A stretch of 64,000 bases of DNA from Octopus sinensis (taxonomy: Eukaryota), in the NCBI RefSeq assembly GCF_006345805.1, contig NW_021832231.1, positions 496,001-560,000 of the forward strand, read 5' to 3'. The notes under the pieces were generated by a model. It had not been told where the DNA came from and made no database searches. It saw only the letters and a list, made by a program, of their open reading frames with translations. The position numbers and the translations under genes are program-made. Each line of letters begins with the position of its first letter. The stretch's first letter is position 1. This document shows, piece by piece, positions 10,937-24,286 of this stretch.

Positions 10937-12793
10937 TTAAAAAATTCCATTGGAAAAGTACTGATAACTGTCATACAAACGAGTAGTGATCGAGCGCAAG
11001 GATGAATTAACCATCTCCTCAGTGAACCTCTCCAACTGGTCTTCCTTCCACGAGACATGAAACCTCTCTCTGACCGACTGAATAGAACATGTGCTGTTCT
11101 TAAAACAGGGGAGAGTAGGATTCCCAACTTGCATTATCTCCATCAATGTGATAATCCTCTCCACGTGCTTCCTGGCTGCCACAAGTCCCTGGAAAATGAG
11201 ACTCTTGAAGAATCTGAACATATCCGACTCAAGCCCTCCCATCACCTCCACAAACTCGTCAGTCAACTTGAAGGGCGACACCTCAAACCCCAAATTCCTC
11301 CCAGGAGAAGAGGACATTACAAATGCAAAGTCAATATGCAGCATATGACCCTCTGCGTCCAGAAGAATGTTCCCGTTGTGCCTGTCCTTGACTTGCAGAA
11401 GATAACACACCACACAATAGCCCGCACAACTCCTCACAAAGTTCTCTCTCGCACATAAATATTTCTCAGACGTCTCCAACCCGAACTGTTCCACAAAATA
11501 CTGATTGAGTCGGGGAAATCCTCGCTTTTTGATTTGATGGAGTGAGGCAGTGTCGGGGATATACTCAATCAGTCCCCGAAGTGACCCAGTCACATAAACA
11601 CGAACAGGACGAACCCACAACCTCACATTCTCGACCTCCCAACTCTCCTGGAGTAGTCCAATCACCTCAAATATCACAATCCACCCAACCTGAGATATCA
11701 TCACTTCCTGTCTCAAATCATCCCCCCGTTTGACGATGACTGGCCACAAACTCCAATTGGGCAGGTCTCCGAACAAAGATGTCGCCCGTATTCTCGCCTT
11801 CTTCACATTCCAACACTCGGGGGCCATCGCCGTGGAATCCTTGGAGGAAGACACACTCAGCGGAGTCACGGAATGTTGTAATCGGTGGCGAATAGAGGCG
11901 GCAGACACACGCTGACAGTAGACCGGGTTGGACTGGAGATTGGACTCGGACTTTGAGTAGGTGGAGATGGTAGCCTCTGCTTGACGCTGCAGTGCCTCCA
12001 CGTATACGAGGAAGGGGGCATTGGGCTTGGAATTGAGAATGACTGTCTCATTCTCACAAATATTCAGAATGACGTGTTCTGTGGAAAAGGGAAGCCAAAC
12101 AGGCGCAGGCAGACTCGAATTGAGACATTTGAGTTGGTTGACAAGCACATTCAGTCTTTCATGGAAAAGACAATGCTCACATCCAAGGGCAGTCAACTGC
12201 GAGAGAAATGCAACTTGTGGACGAATCAGGTTGATTTGACAGCGACAGTGTGATGTCCCTCTCCCATATTCGACCTCCCCTCGACCAAATGCGTCCACCC
12301 ACTGAGACTTGGTGACCGAACATCGACAGCCCGAATCAAACCCTCCTCTCTCCCTATCAGAATATGTCCTCCTGTGACTCTTCTTTGCCTTCCATAAATA
12401 TCTCTCCAAAGGACGACATGTCCCGTCAAACCCAACAGAAAGAGCCTTCAACATGAGCGAGCAGGAGACTGCAAATCTGACCGAAGACCGACAACGAGTG
12501 AGGAGATATTCCTCGAGGAACCCCCCATCGTAGTTAGTCACGTGCATGCTCAACAGCTGTGCCAAATACTCCTCACTTTGGGGAAACTCCTGAAGCTTCA
12601 AAGCCAGTTGTTGGCGGACTGATTTTTGTTTGCATTTGAATAAATGGCCGAGGAGATTCACGACGTCCCAGGAGGTGGAGAGGCCCTCAAAGAGCTCCTC
12701 TCCCTTCACTGACTCAGCTTCCCTTGTCGTTTCCGCTGGTAGTTCTGCCAGTGGAGAATCAGTTGGTCTTCTATGTTCTGGGCTACCTCGCAT
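10937..12793 (-). CDS. PI4KB: Phosphatidylinositol 4-kinase III beta
   Basis: VIVKRGDDLRQE, SCAGYCVVCYLLQVKDRHNGNILLD, HIDF, GFEVSPFKLT, YDSYQYFSNGIF. One likely in-frame 24-nt intron at 11666-11689. Confidence 0.95.
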   Translation of the reverse strand: MRGSPEHRRPTDSPLAELPAETTREAESVKGEELFEGLSTSWDVVNLLGHLFKCKQKSVRQQLALKLQEFPQSEEYLAQLLSMHVTNYDGGFLEEYLLTRCRSSVRFAVSCSLMLKALSVGFDGTCRPLERYLWKAKKSHRRTYSDRERGGFDSGCRCSVTKSQWVDAFGRGEVEYGRGTSHCRCQINLIRPQVAFLSQLTALGCEHCLFHERLNVLVNQLKCLNSSLPAPVWLPFSTEHVILNICENETVILNSKPNAPFLVYVEALQRQAEATISTYSKSESNLQSNPVYCQRVSAASIRHRLQHSVTPLSVSSSKDSTAMAPECWNVKKARIRATSLFGDLPNWSLWPVIVKRGDDLRQEVMISQVGWIVIFEVIGLLQESWEVENVRLWVRPVRVYVTGSLRGLIEYIPDTASLHQIKKRGFPRLNQYFVEQFGLETSEKYLCARENFVRSCAGYCVVCYLLQVKDRHNGNILLDAEGHMLHIDFAFVMSSSPGRNLGFEVSPFKLTDEFVEVMGGLESDMFRFFKSLIFQGLVAARKHVERIITLMEIMQVGNPTLPCFKNSTCSIQSVRERFHVSWKEDQLERFTEEMVNSSLRSITTRLYDSYQYFSNGIF

Positions 12794-12868
12794 CGAGCTA
12801 TTCTTTCGCGGAATTGGGGGTCTTGAAGTAAGTCGAGGAAATATAGTGATGTGGGATATCTGGGCTTA

Positions 12869-12878
12869 GTCACGTGAC
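12869..12878. promoter_or_regulatory. Palindromic E-box/CLEAR-type motif GTCACGTGAC upstream of PI4KB
   Basis: Exact 10-bp palindrome about 75 bp upstream of the ATG. Confidence 0.35.
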
Positions 12879-13338
12879 ATACTTTATGAAATATGAATAT
12901 TTGGGTTGCTTCCAGTACTGTAGGTAAGATAAATAGTTTATAAAGCAGGTGTCTTGAAAATATCCTTTTTGGGCAATTACTACACGTTAGAAATAGATTT
13001 TGTACAATTTAAATATTTAGGACTTGAAAGGCACTGCACGAACTCTAATTCAGCACGGAATCGGACCTTGTCCTGATCATTCACTAAAAAATATAAGTAA
13101 CAACAAGACTACATACTATATTTGTCTTTAAATTTTATTTTTTATATTGATAATTATAGTTTGATATTCTTTTTTATTTTTAAATATATTTTAACTTATT
13201 GTTTTTCTTAAATAATTGAATTAGCAAAAATCAAAATAATGTAATCCAAAAATTATATCAACTATAATCGAAAAATTAATCAAAATTATTAAATTTAATT
13301 TAAAAAATGATTAATTTTAATAAAGTATTTTTAACTTG

Positions 13339-16300
13339 TTAAATTGTATCGTGGCCATCCAAAGTCCGAGATTCTTTTGAAATTTTCTTTGCTACTATTT
13401 TTGCAGAAGGAACCGATTCGATCTGCTCAATATTGACTTTAAAATACCTTATGGACTTTGATCGAGCCAAAAACAGTCTCCAATTCGAGTTTTTTACTCA
13501 ATCGTGACTTATGACCCACAGCAGTGTTTCCTATATTGGAAAAATAATTATGCTTGAGAATGTTTGGTAGGACAAAGTCGTTTTGTAAACACGAAATTTT
13601 CCTAAAAAGTGAACTTAACCGAATACTCCACTACGCCCGTGTTCTGAGCTATAATTGAATTTTTCTGGTGTATCTCGGCGTCCTCGTAATTCAAAAAAAC
13701 TCAAACTTTGTTGGGAATGTCTTCAAAAACAAACTTTTTCCGTTTATTAATCCCGACAAAACTCGCTTTGTTAGACAGTAGTTGGAGAAAGTTGTTGGTC
13801 TTTATATCCCAGACTCTGCCAGTCTGACAATCCCCAACCTTATTGAGGTGTCTTCACTGCAGGTCAGAAACGTCTCTTTGGTTATTCTGATCGAGTTGAT
13901 TCTCCCTGAGTGGCCCTGCCATGACTGCCAGTCGACGTCCTTTTCGTTCACCGAATCTTTCAAATTTGTTGCTATTCTGATTATATAACCATCTTGTTAT
14001 TCACATGTCAGACACAACCCTCGTTTCCAGCCAAAAGAGCGCAGTATTGGCTTGAGTAGGCCAGACTGGACACGACGGATGTCTTCTTCATGAGAAGGCT
14101 CAGTTCTACTATTTTGTTGGTCTGGGAATTGGTGGAAAACAGGAAACCTTGACTTCCCAGACTACGATTGTACCATCGGATAGGGCGGAAACCACATTCA
14201 GAATGAATTTGTTATCTGAGTTGTATTTTTACAAATATCTTGAACTTGGATTGTGTTTTACTGAGTCCATTCTTTTATTTAATTTCTTAAATTAGTAATT
14301 ATGTTACCTTACTTTCCTTGACTATGCTACGTGGTCTACTAGAGGTAGAAAATGGCTGTACTTACCAGTTGTTGGCCCCGATAATGACCATTTTAACGAT
14401 GGCCGTCTTTTTGACTGATTTTCCTTAAAATTTAATCTAATTAGTTTACTTTTGGGCAGTTCTCTCCAATGTGTTCAAATTATATATTTCGACATTCCCC
14501 CGATTGTCCCCGATGATTACCATTTTTTTGAAAAAAGTGACCACATTAGGCTTTCCTTCACTTGGGGGTAATTGGAATGAATTGAGCAAAGTTATTTCAG
14601 TTTTTTTGTCTCTCTTCTGCAATTAGTCAATAAAGTACTGATCCATCATAAACGTCGACAGCCTTGCTGTCGTTCAGGGTCACAATCGACAGCTTGTTTC
14701 TCACTATGTACGTTTTTAACGCCAAAATCTTGTTTGAGTAACCTTCGACGGGCACAAATAACTTGAACTTTTGTTTAAATGCCAAATCCCAGACTTCCAA
14801 AGCGCCTGTTTTAATTGGACTGACGGGGATACCATTCTGATATCCAAACGTGGCGGTGAATGAGCCAGGCTCGAGTTCACAGGCGGTGATAAGCACGGAA
14901 CTGCTAGCCTCAAATTCGCTGGTCTTTTCCATGTTCATCAAGTCCCAAATCTGTTTAAAAAGCAAAAAATGACTTTTATGTTAGAATGTTGGTCGTATGA
15001 TATCATTTGGCCTGTCATTCCTTCGATCAACATCTATTTGTGTATACAAATTTAATACGTCAATGACCGGAAATTCGTGCGATTGAACTATTTTGTGGCG
15101 GTCCAGAGAAAGTTTGTTGACCTTCCAAAACAAGAGCTTCGTCGAGGCTAAGCCGTGAGACGACAACACGACCTGCGACAAGCTCATTTTTGGCCAAACA
15201 AAGACAGTTTAGAAACGTGGGAGAGTTTGGCTTGACTTGCTTTTGGAGTGAGTCGCCAAAAGTACTTGTATGAGGACAAAGGATGACAGACTCCACACAA
15301 AAATGACTCCGTTTGTCGACAAACTGGCCAGCAGCTTTCCACATGACTTCAAATCGATGATACAAGTCCTGTGTCCGTATAGTTTGTCTAGAAATGTATT
15401 TTTTAAACAACTCGGTTTTGTATTGAAATTGAAGGATGTCCACACGTGTATTATCTTGTCCTTTCCTCCTACGATGACCATCCCTTGTGTCACTTCCAGA
15501 CATTTCGTCTCTTTTATAATAACGAATTGTTGTCTAGACATTACAGGGAAAAAACGTACTTAAGCACGTCTTTTCCTGATATTTTTGTGATAACAATTCG
15601 ACCACGATTAGTGGCTGACGATGAGATTAACAATTTTAGTGTGGAATCGTATAATATCTAGTGCACGTGCACATATACCAAAAACTGATTCGACGGAAGC
15701 TCTGTGGAACTGAGGGTAGTTTCTAAAAGAATTTGACTTGCACTACTTGACCGAATCGCAGACATTGAACAACAAAATCGAGGAGTTTTTTGATATTTCT
15801 GGCTGTCGAGACAACATGGACTGCTGGTAGTTTAGAATTCCAATGTTTCCCGTGCTGTCACCAAAAATGATTACGTCAGACCCGTCGTCCAAGTTGTCGA
15901 CCACCGCGGCCGTGATTCGTTTGTTGGTGCACGTGAGAATGCTGTAGTTCTGAAATATTTAACGTGTGATACTTTCTGACTCCCTGAAGTTCTGTAATCC
16001 CAGATGATCAGTTCGTTTTCGTTTATGAGAACAACCCGCTTCCCGACTTTAGCGTAGCCCAAACCCACCGTCCAGTATTTACTCTATTTGATTATATCAA
16101 CATTGAAGACATTTGTCATAAGCATGTTTATTCTTCTGAACTGCAAATTATTAAAAAAACTACTTTTTTGTTCCAAATGCACACCATTCCCAAAATCGAG
16201 GCAGTGCTGTAGCATTCCAGATGCTCAAAGTATTTCACACAGCAGACAAAATCTCCCGCGCTCAGATCTTGAAAGATTGACCAGACTATGTTACCGGAGA

Positions 16301-16756
16301 TTGCCTTGTGGTTTGACTGTCCGGTGTCCCCAGTGTTGAATTTGTTAAGGGCAATCTGATTTCCTGGGACAAATGAGCCAAAAATCTGCCAAAATTTAAA
16401 TTTCAGGGACCTCCGTCCAGTCATGTTTGTGTCCTGGTGTTGTGAATATTTTTAGGAAGCAGTTACGTAATCCACGAATGTCGAGCTCGTCTTCAAAAAT
16501 GGAGTTTACTGCTTTTTGAAAAAATTCAAATTGGACGTTTCCTGCTATTCAGCTTTTAAAAACTTCAACCACAAAAAATTTGTCTTTTCTGAGCTGGAGA
16601 GGCATCAAAATTAGTTAAGGAAATGTTGTCGATGAAGACTTGTAGTTGTTTTAGTCGACTTTTGAACTCTGAATCGTTCATGTACGTACTTTTTTGGTCA
16701 ACTGTCCACTCAATGTGTTCTGAAAGTGAGGATGACCCAGTACCTGTGGGATCCAT
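13339..16756 (-). CDS. WDR64: WD40-repeat protein, WDR64-like (multi-exon)
   Basis: Spliced peptides HDWTE|IFGSF, VKYFEHLECYSTASILGMVCIWN, RVVLINENELIIWDYRTSGSQ, DKIIHVW..NTKP..KLYGH, LASLSTNGVIFVWSL follow the WDR64 family pattern. 3' end approximate. Confidence 0.75.
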
Positions 16757-17394
16757 GATTAGAGTTCACAGATTAAAAGAAATATCGAAACAATATTAAT
16801 AACGTTGCTACGAATCGCATCGATCATTTTACACAAAGAATGTTTAACCCAAATTTAAAACGAAATGAGCCACAATTGAGACAATAGAAATTTAAGTACA
16901 GTTCATGTTTCTGCGTATTTATTAGTCTTTTTTATTCTTATTTAATTTTTTGATTACTGCGGTTTATTCTATTTTTTAATGTTTTTATTCTAATATTCTG
17001 CTCGGAATCCATTTTTGATTTGTTCCGCCTGTTCTATTCTCCCTATGCTCTTGTCTCATTTTCAATACTCTGCTCTTAGGATTGGCAAATAAACTTGAAA
17101 TTGACTAAAAACTATAAATATAAAGAAAGTTTATTGTGCAATTCTTTCTTAAACTTTTTCAAGTGCTCGGAAAATGAGGTTTTCTAGAGTACTGTAGAAC
17201 CGAATGGGCAGACTTAAAATATGTCAAGCCATTTGGTGATCGATAAACCGGGTAAAGAATTTATAATTAAAAATAAGTTTAATTATCAAAGACATTTTCC
17301 GTAAAAAATAGATATGCCAATAAAAGTAAACTAATAATTTTTTAATTCGAATTATTTAAAATTTTTATGAAACATTAATTATATAAATAAAAAG

Positions 17395-17655
17395 CTAAGC
17401 CTCCGTAAGAGCGTGAATATACTCTAAATATAGAGGACGTCCAAGAGACTGTCTTCCGGGAATACTTACGAAGGAATATGCTATGATCGGAGGCCGATTG
17501 ATGGATGCAGACGATCTGGACGAAATCGGAAAGAGGGCAAGACGACGGAAGGGGTGGAAGGGGCTAACTACAAGAATAGTTAAAAACATGGCACAAGCGA
17601 AACCATAAACTTTGTTTACTGGCAACGCGAACGTGCATTAACTAACTAACTTATG
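17395..17655 (+). mobile_element. RTE-clade LINE 3' end
   Basis: YRGRPRDCLPGILTKEY...DLDEIGKRARRRKGWKGL followed by a short (ACTA)n tail. Confidence 0.7.
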
Positions 17656-17829
17656 GATGACATTCTCTACAATCAAATGGCCATATAATTTAAAATAATA
17701 ATGAAAACAGTTTTTACAAATTATCTCTGCAACGTTATATGAATATAATTCAGAGACATTTTTAAATATATTTTTATTAAAGATTGACGGTAAGGTGTTT
17801 TTATTTTCAAAATTGGAAAAAAGTACAAG

Positions 17830-18200
17830 ATTGTTGCATTCCTCGTCGAAAGAAACTGCCCGAGACTTAATTATGGACGAGATTCCCTTGCCGGGATTGG
17901 TTGCCTCGTGCTTGTTTCCAAGGAAGAGAGGTGCAAAGAGGAAGATACGGAACTACGGGAGGTCTTCTTCGGAAGTGAATGCTTCTGAAATAATTTGTTC
18001 GAGGCAGGAAGCAGCCGTCAGACGTGCTTGTTTGGGGATACGGAGAGGGATGTCTCTTGTGCCACGGAACGAGGACAGAATGAATTCCTCAGTCGAGACA
18101 TTGTGGCGGAAAGTAGTAGCACGAGTGGGTCGGTGATTTGGCCCAGCGCTCATCCTTCGGGGCAACGCACACTGCGTCCTTGCCGCTGGCACAAAGCTTC
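17830..18200 (-). mobile_element. CRE-like retrotransposon N-terminal fragment
   Basis: IPLRIPKQARLTAASCLEQII..A followed by LFAP.FL, typical of the pre-RT region of CRE ORFs. Confidence 0.6.
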
Positions 18201-18259
18201 TTGTCTGACATTATTCAAAATATTTTCCATATCTGCTGCGATGTGTCTTTTTATGTCAG

Positions 18260-18960
18260 CTTTAAATGCCCATCAAATGTTCTCAATTGGGTTCGGCATA
18301 GACCCAATCTTTAAATTTTATTTTCGTTGAATTCCTTTCCTTTGACAATTTCTTCGATTCCTGAATGGCATGGAACTGGACAGAATTATAGTAACTTGTA
18401 ATTCCTTCAATGATGTCAATCCATTTAAAATTCAAGTTCTTTAAGAAACACGTTGAAGAAAGCATAAATTTCAACGTCTGATTCAGACGCTCGAATTTTC
18501 CCTGCACCCAAGGACACCCGGGACGCCCCTGACGTGTTTTATGTTGAGCATGACTCCAACATTTTTTATTTATAAATTCCTTCCCATTGTTCGTGTACAA
18601 AATAGATTGTTTTCAAAACATTAAAATGCTACTCTTTATTTAACTCGACACCTCCATGGTCTCTTTAGAGGTCCGGTTCAACAAAATTTGGAAAAAGAAT
18701 CCAATCCAACTAAAAGCCAGCAAAAATTTTCATTCGAATTTGAATAGTACCGTAGAAAAATATATCTGATATTACAGTGAATAACTACTACCTTTCTCTA
18801 ATTTTATATGCTCTGATAGATGTTATAGTCGGTTAAGTGTTCATAAAACGTCTTGCAAGACATTGAGGACAAGATTTGAGAACAATCATGACTTCATCTC
18901 TGCAAGATCCTTAGGGTAGATTCTTTAAAAAGACAAGAAGTCAATCAAGACCAGGAAGTC
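18260..18960 (-). mobile_element. Ginger/KRABA2-like DDE integrase pseudogene
   Basis: SCPQC zinc motif, WLLVGLDSFSKF, TNNGKEF, GRPGCPWVQGKFERLNQTLK; stops and frameshifts. Confidence 0.75.
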
Positions 18961-19239
18961 CATTTTTTAGGTGCACATTTTCAATCCTCTTCTTTGTTTT
19001 TCTTTCAGCAAATTTAGAAGTTATAATTTGATATCTCAGATTAGTTATAATTTCTTCTTTTGTAGCAGAGTGAAATGGACAACCTTCACGACAAAAGAAA
19101 ACTATCGTGAACAAAAATCTATTACTATTCTATCTGATTTTTGTTTACTTTGCAAACAAAGGAACTTCTTTACATATTTTCCAAGGATTTTGCAAGGTTT
19201 AGGATTAATTGTTGTATCTTTTTGAGCACAAAGTTCATT

Positions 19240-19700
19240 AGGAAGTTTGAGGGCTACACCCCCTCTCTTGTCGCCTCAGTGCCGGCCGTATACCCAGACA
19301 TGCCACCTTGAACGATATTGTTAAGCGCGCGCTCAACGCCGCCGGATTCCCTTCGGTCCTGGAGCCGGTTGGGTTAGACCGTGGTGACGGAAAACGTCCC
19401 GATGGGTCCACGCTATTCCCGTTCAAGCGGGGACTCGCTCTCGTTTGGGACGTGACCTGTGTAGACTCGTTTTCCTCGTCATCTCTCATCGATTCCTCAA
19501 ACTCGACCCGCGGGAAACAACTCCTCCGGTCGAGAAATGTTGAGAAATACTCATCTTCTTCAGGGATAATGCCAAGTTGCTCGTTTAAGCTAATAAAACA
19601 TATTTATTACATAATCAGACTTGGAAATTGAAAAAATAGTCCAAAGGGCTTTCTTGGAGAGATTTGGAAGTGAACTAACACGGCGGATGTCGAGGATTTC
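19240..19700 (+). mobile_element. CRE-like retrotransposon 3' fragment
   Basis: [37 protein letters not shown]. Confidence 0.88.
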
Positions 19701-20099
19701 CATCCTGGGGAAGGAGACCGAGAACTGCAGATCACACAAAAACTGTTCTCCGCCAGGACAGTCCCTCAGGGCATAAACCTTGGCCAAATGAGAAGGGGAC
19801 AGACTTGAACTTGTAGACGAGCCATCCGGCTAGCCCTGGCTTAGGATGGCGAGAGGAGCTCTCAAATTGTCCCTCAAAGGCCTCCCTGAGGTCCTAGAAA
19901 AGATAATCTCTGGGTGGCATGTAAGGCGGTAAGTCTTTGCGGCTGAGAGGTGAGCGTGTGTGCCGGACTGAAAAGGCAGGAATGCCGAAGGTCTTTTTCT
20001 ACCCTCTACTAGCAGCCTCTTTTTAAATAAATATTTTTCCTTTCCTTAAATAAACCTCATTCGAATATCTTTTGATGTTTATGATTTCTTGTAACAGGG

Positions 20100-20790
20100 A
20101 CAGAGTGGATTGAGAAGGCGTCGCTCGACCACAGATGCCGTCTGATATGTGCCATGTGTCAACGATACGAGAGAAATTTCAAAATACTGGAGATAACATA
20201 GACTGCGTCAGAAAATGATCTGGAACTTGAACTTATTTTTGAAAAAATTTCTAGCGAATCCAAGAATTGGTCCGTGCACGTTAATAGAAAAAGACTAAAC
20301 ACATAAGAATCACAAGGGAATTAATATATATTGATGAAAACTGGAGGAACAAAATTGTGATCTTTACTTGATGATACTGAGGACATGATGTATAGAAGAG
20401 TCCACTGGAATGTATAAAATACAAAAAATATGAAATCGACCGAAACTATGGAATCGACCACAATCACGAAGCTAAGCTCTTTGAATTTATTAAATGGAAA
20501 ATTAAATACAAATCGAGCCACATAAACTTATACGCATCGAAATCAAAATTTGTCAAGTTTTAAGGGGAAATCGAATAAACTGGGGCAGGCAGACAAAGCC
20601 CACGCAGTCAAATCTGTTGTAGAAAATGAGTCTGTTGAAATAAAAGTAGAGACGACAATCAAAACCGATTCACTGTGAAAAACAAGTAAGATATCTTTAT
20701 GTATAAAAAGACGAGGAATACGAGCACGTTCATCAAGTCCTCTGAAACAGCCGAAGTAAAAAAATGCACAATATGACCTGTTGAGTGAAA
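20100..20790 (+). mobile_element. Degenerate R4/Dong-like retrotransposon fragments
   Basis: KAHAVKSVVENESVEIKVETTIKT matches KAHSVQSILSTQNVEIRVDTSIIT at 24758-24988. Confidence 0.6.
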
Positions 20791-21067
20791 ATAATCTCTT
20801 TGAACATCTTAACTCAATATTTTAAAATGTTTTCTAGAATTTTTCTAACACGACAGATTGAATATATTTTTTCGTAGGACCATTAGTTTATTCAAATGGT
20901 TTTATGTTAATAAATTTATTAATGTTTTAAACTAAGGTTTTTTATTCTTATTTCATACAAAATTGTAGAATTAGTCAAGACATAATAAATCGATTAATAT
21001 ATTTTTAAAATTCATAGTCAATTAATTAAAATTATTTTTCAAATTTATAGATAAGTTTTCTTGTGGT

Positions 21068-21838
21068 ATGGACGTTCCGGCCAATTTGTCCTCAATTAAA
21101 CCACTTTTAAAATTAGCAAATACACTGGAGAAAGGCGATCCCATAGCAGCATATTATGGTGCCTTATCTTTAATATATATGTAGTGAGACTATATTCTAT
21201 ACAAGTCGGAATTTCCTGCAATGACGGCTCCCCTCAGTCAGAAAACACACTAAAAAGTCAAATTTGTGCAGCAGAGAACGTTCATATTCAATAATATTTC
21301 CTAGTTCAAACAATCGAATATCGACAACCCAGCAGTGGCCAGTTTAGAGCGTGGAAGAGAGTACATGACTGAGGTCTGCATGGGCGTATTCAACACAGCA
21401 CAAGAACAGCACCGAACTGGAGTAAATAAAAAGTATTAAGACTAGGAATAAGGATTATAGTGACACAAAGTTAAAATACTTTATTACGACTTTACTAATC
21501 AATTCGTTGGAATATTTTGGACAGTTGGACCCTCAGGTTTTGACATGTTTTGTCACGAGTTTTTGTAGATGGGTGAACTGAGAGTTTTGGCTCAAAATCG
21601 GGCAAAGGAGATGACTCCTGGAATGGGAACTGCTTCTGTTGAGAAGCCTAAGCCGTCTAATCATCATCAGAATATGGAAAAGGGGATTCAATCACATGAA
21701 AAGAAAGCAGATGCTGCTCTCAGATCTGAAAAGGCAATGCGCCTGCTAAAAATGGCTATGACAAGCCTACAATTTGATGATTTGGCAGAAGCGAGGAAAA
21801 ATATCATTGAGTCTCTTCAAATTATTGATTCGGATTAA
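21068..21838 (+). CDS. VTA1: Vacuolar protein sorting-associated protein VTA1 (ESCRT/VPS4 cofactor)
   Basis: MDVPANLSSIKPLLKLA..GDPIAAYY|VRLYSIQ (MIT domain) and C-terminal VSL domain KMAMTSLQFDDLAEARKNI. Four introns of 25-32 nt. Confidence 0.88.
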
Positions 21839-22492
21839 CTTTTATTAATTTTACAATTTATTTTTACATTTAAAATTACTGTACAAATATATTTTTGCGT
21901 TCCTTTAGATTTTGGAGTGCTTTATTTGGAACAAGATATTTTTAATATTATCTTTTGATTATTTTTACTAATAAAGGTTTTGATATTTATTTTATAAAAA
22001 AGCAAAATTAGAAGGTTCTTGCTACTTTTACCGTTTTTCTCTCAGAGTGTAAATACTATTTTACTCACAGAGTTGGGTATAGAATATATTAAACTTACAC
22101 AAATGGACTGCTTTTTGAGACATTGCTTTGTAATGTTTAACCTTGTGACCCAATGAGGTCTGTCGGTTTTCTTCGTGGCGGATTCCTCCCAATTTCAGGG
22201 GCGAATGGGGTTAAATAAATAAATTTAACCTGTCTCAAAAAAGTACGTAAACAAACACATAATTGAAAGTAGTATTTAACCTGTAAAGTCATTAGCCACA
22301 TTCTAAAGAACGCCCTATTTCTAATTCATATCTACTTATTCTAACGTTACACCACATTAAATTGTCCTTTTTGACCTGAAGAATATATCCAGTTCATTAT
22401 ACTCTATTTTTAGCCAAGTTTCGATTGTTTAGTAAACCAGCCATAATTAATAAACAATCTAACATTATTAAAATGAACATAAATTAAAATCA

Positions 22493-23524
22493 TTACTGGC
22501 CATAAGACCCTCTTAAATCAGGAGATTCTTCTTGGTTCAAATATGACGTAGGAATGGAATCAGGCCGCCCCTGCAATTCAATATGACTACAATTAACAGG
22601 AAAGTCCGTTCGAGTCATATCACACTCATTCTCAAATCCCTCATCACCCAAGTCAGGAAATTCCATATGCAATGCTCTCAAAGACTTCTCAGACAGAAAC
22701 CGCCCCCGATTTAAATCAGTAGCCATTACCTGTCGTCTGCTTCCCACCGAATGAGGAGACTGCTGTACTGCCTGCTGCGTGTAATTATCCTCCTGTTCGT
22801 AATGCTGCATATAATAAGAACTTTCCACGGGAAATCTGTCCTGCCCAGGATAGGGCGACTCCAAACCGAAATTCCCCTGCTTATAAAAATAACTCAAAAC
22901 ATAATTCTGTCCATACTCGTGTTGAAATCTCGGAGAGGGACCGAATCCAGTGGGAGGGACTAACCCCGGACTGAGCATCCTGTTCTGATCTCCGAAGGAT
23001 CCCCTGAGTCTGAATTGGCCTGGGAACATGGAAGGATGCATTGGAGTGGGGATATAGTCTGGGTGGCCACCATATGGTCTCTGCTGACTTGTCGTTGGCT
23101 AAAATGGATTTTTATAAAAATAAACTGGATTTTGGCTCTCGTTTTGAGGACATGGGACAAACTTTAATGTAGGAAATTAAAAATACCAGATCATAAAAAG
23201 TCTTTGCCTCGTTGGATGGATTATGATGCTCCCGACGTTCAGGGGATGCTGAGTATATGTCCCAGAAAGTGCTGGAGTGTCATTTAGATGTACTAACCAC
23301 CACCAATTATGAAGAAAGCCGGGTTTTGCATCGACAGAGATGTTTTGACAACAGTCGACCTTTGGTTATGATTAATGATACTTTTTTAATTTGTGCAAGG
23401 AATGCTTCAGCGGCCTGCTTACTTCCGATGTGGACCATATATTCGTATACACAGCTTGCGAGTCTAAATAGTTTTGTTTGATTTACTTTTCTCGCGATTC
23501 TACATCACTAAACTTCTGGGACAT
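22493..23524 (-). CDS. SSBP3: SSDP/SSBP2-4 family LUFS-domain transcription cofactor
   Basis: SDVESREK|LASCVYEYMVHIGSKQAAEAFL, PGFLHNWW, FWDIYSASPERRE, SNEAKTFYD, then a Pro/Gly/Gln-rich tail. Confidence 0.88.
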
Positions 23525-24286
23525 TAGAGAAATTTGATTTATTTATTTTTATTCTTTAGTAAACATATTTATTTAAAAGTAAAAATTAATAATTAATTTA
23601 AAACAATATTTCAAGTTTCAATAAATATATAAATGAATTATCCTAAACTACGAATCAATATGAATTCGCCGTTTAGCTAATTAACAACACAATAAAAATA
23701 TTTACAATTTTTCTTTAACGGCTTCTCTCTCATCTACAATAAAGAAAAATCATTAACACGTCTTTAGGCCAAAACTTTGACATTATTTCGATATTTTAAT
23801 TCTAAAGGTAACTCGAATTCAATAGTATTAAAAAGATTCATTATGGCAAGATTCCTTAGTTTATATATCGAATATTTGCTGCTAGATTTAGAAAAAAATC
23901 GTTCGTATCAGCAGTAGTGGGAAGCAACGTTTGAATCCTCTTTTTAGATTCGTTCATATGTGAAATATGGTTTTGTGTAAATCTCTATTTTTCCTACCAC
24001 CATTTTCACGGCATGTTACACAAATGTCGCATCAATTACACTATAAAGCTCCGCCGGGAGAAATTAAAAATTCATTGGGAAATTCATAGATAATTCTCAA
24101 TTTATATATTTAGGGATTAAAACAACATTAAATAATAGCGAGCTTGGTTAAAAAATTAATATTTTTAAAAATTTTTAGACGGAAAATCAACAATTTACAA
24201 TTGACAAAGTTGACCTAAAAATGAAAAAATTAACATAGTTTTAAAAACATATTTACGAAACCAAAATGTAATTAAGGTTAAAATAT

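Noticed and set aside
19960-20000. Hammerhead-like CTGAAAA-GGCA-GGAA-TGCC-GAAG
   Set aside because: Two core positions deviate from CUGANGA/GAAA, and no convincing stems I/III or cleavage triplet are present.
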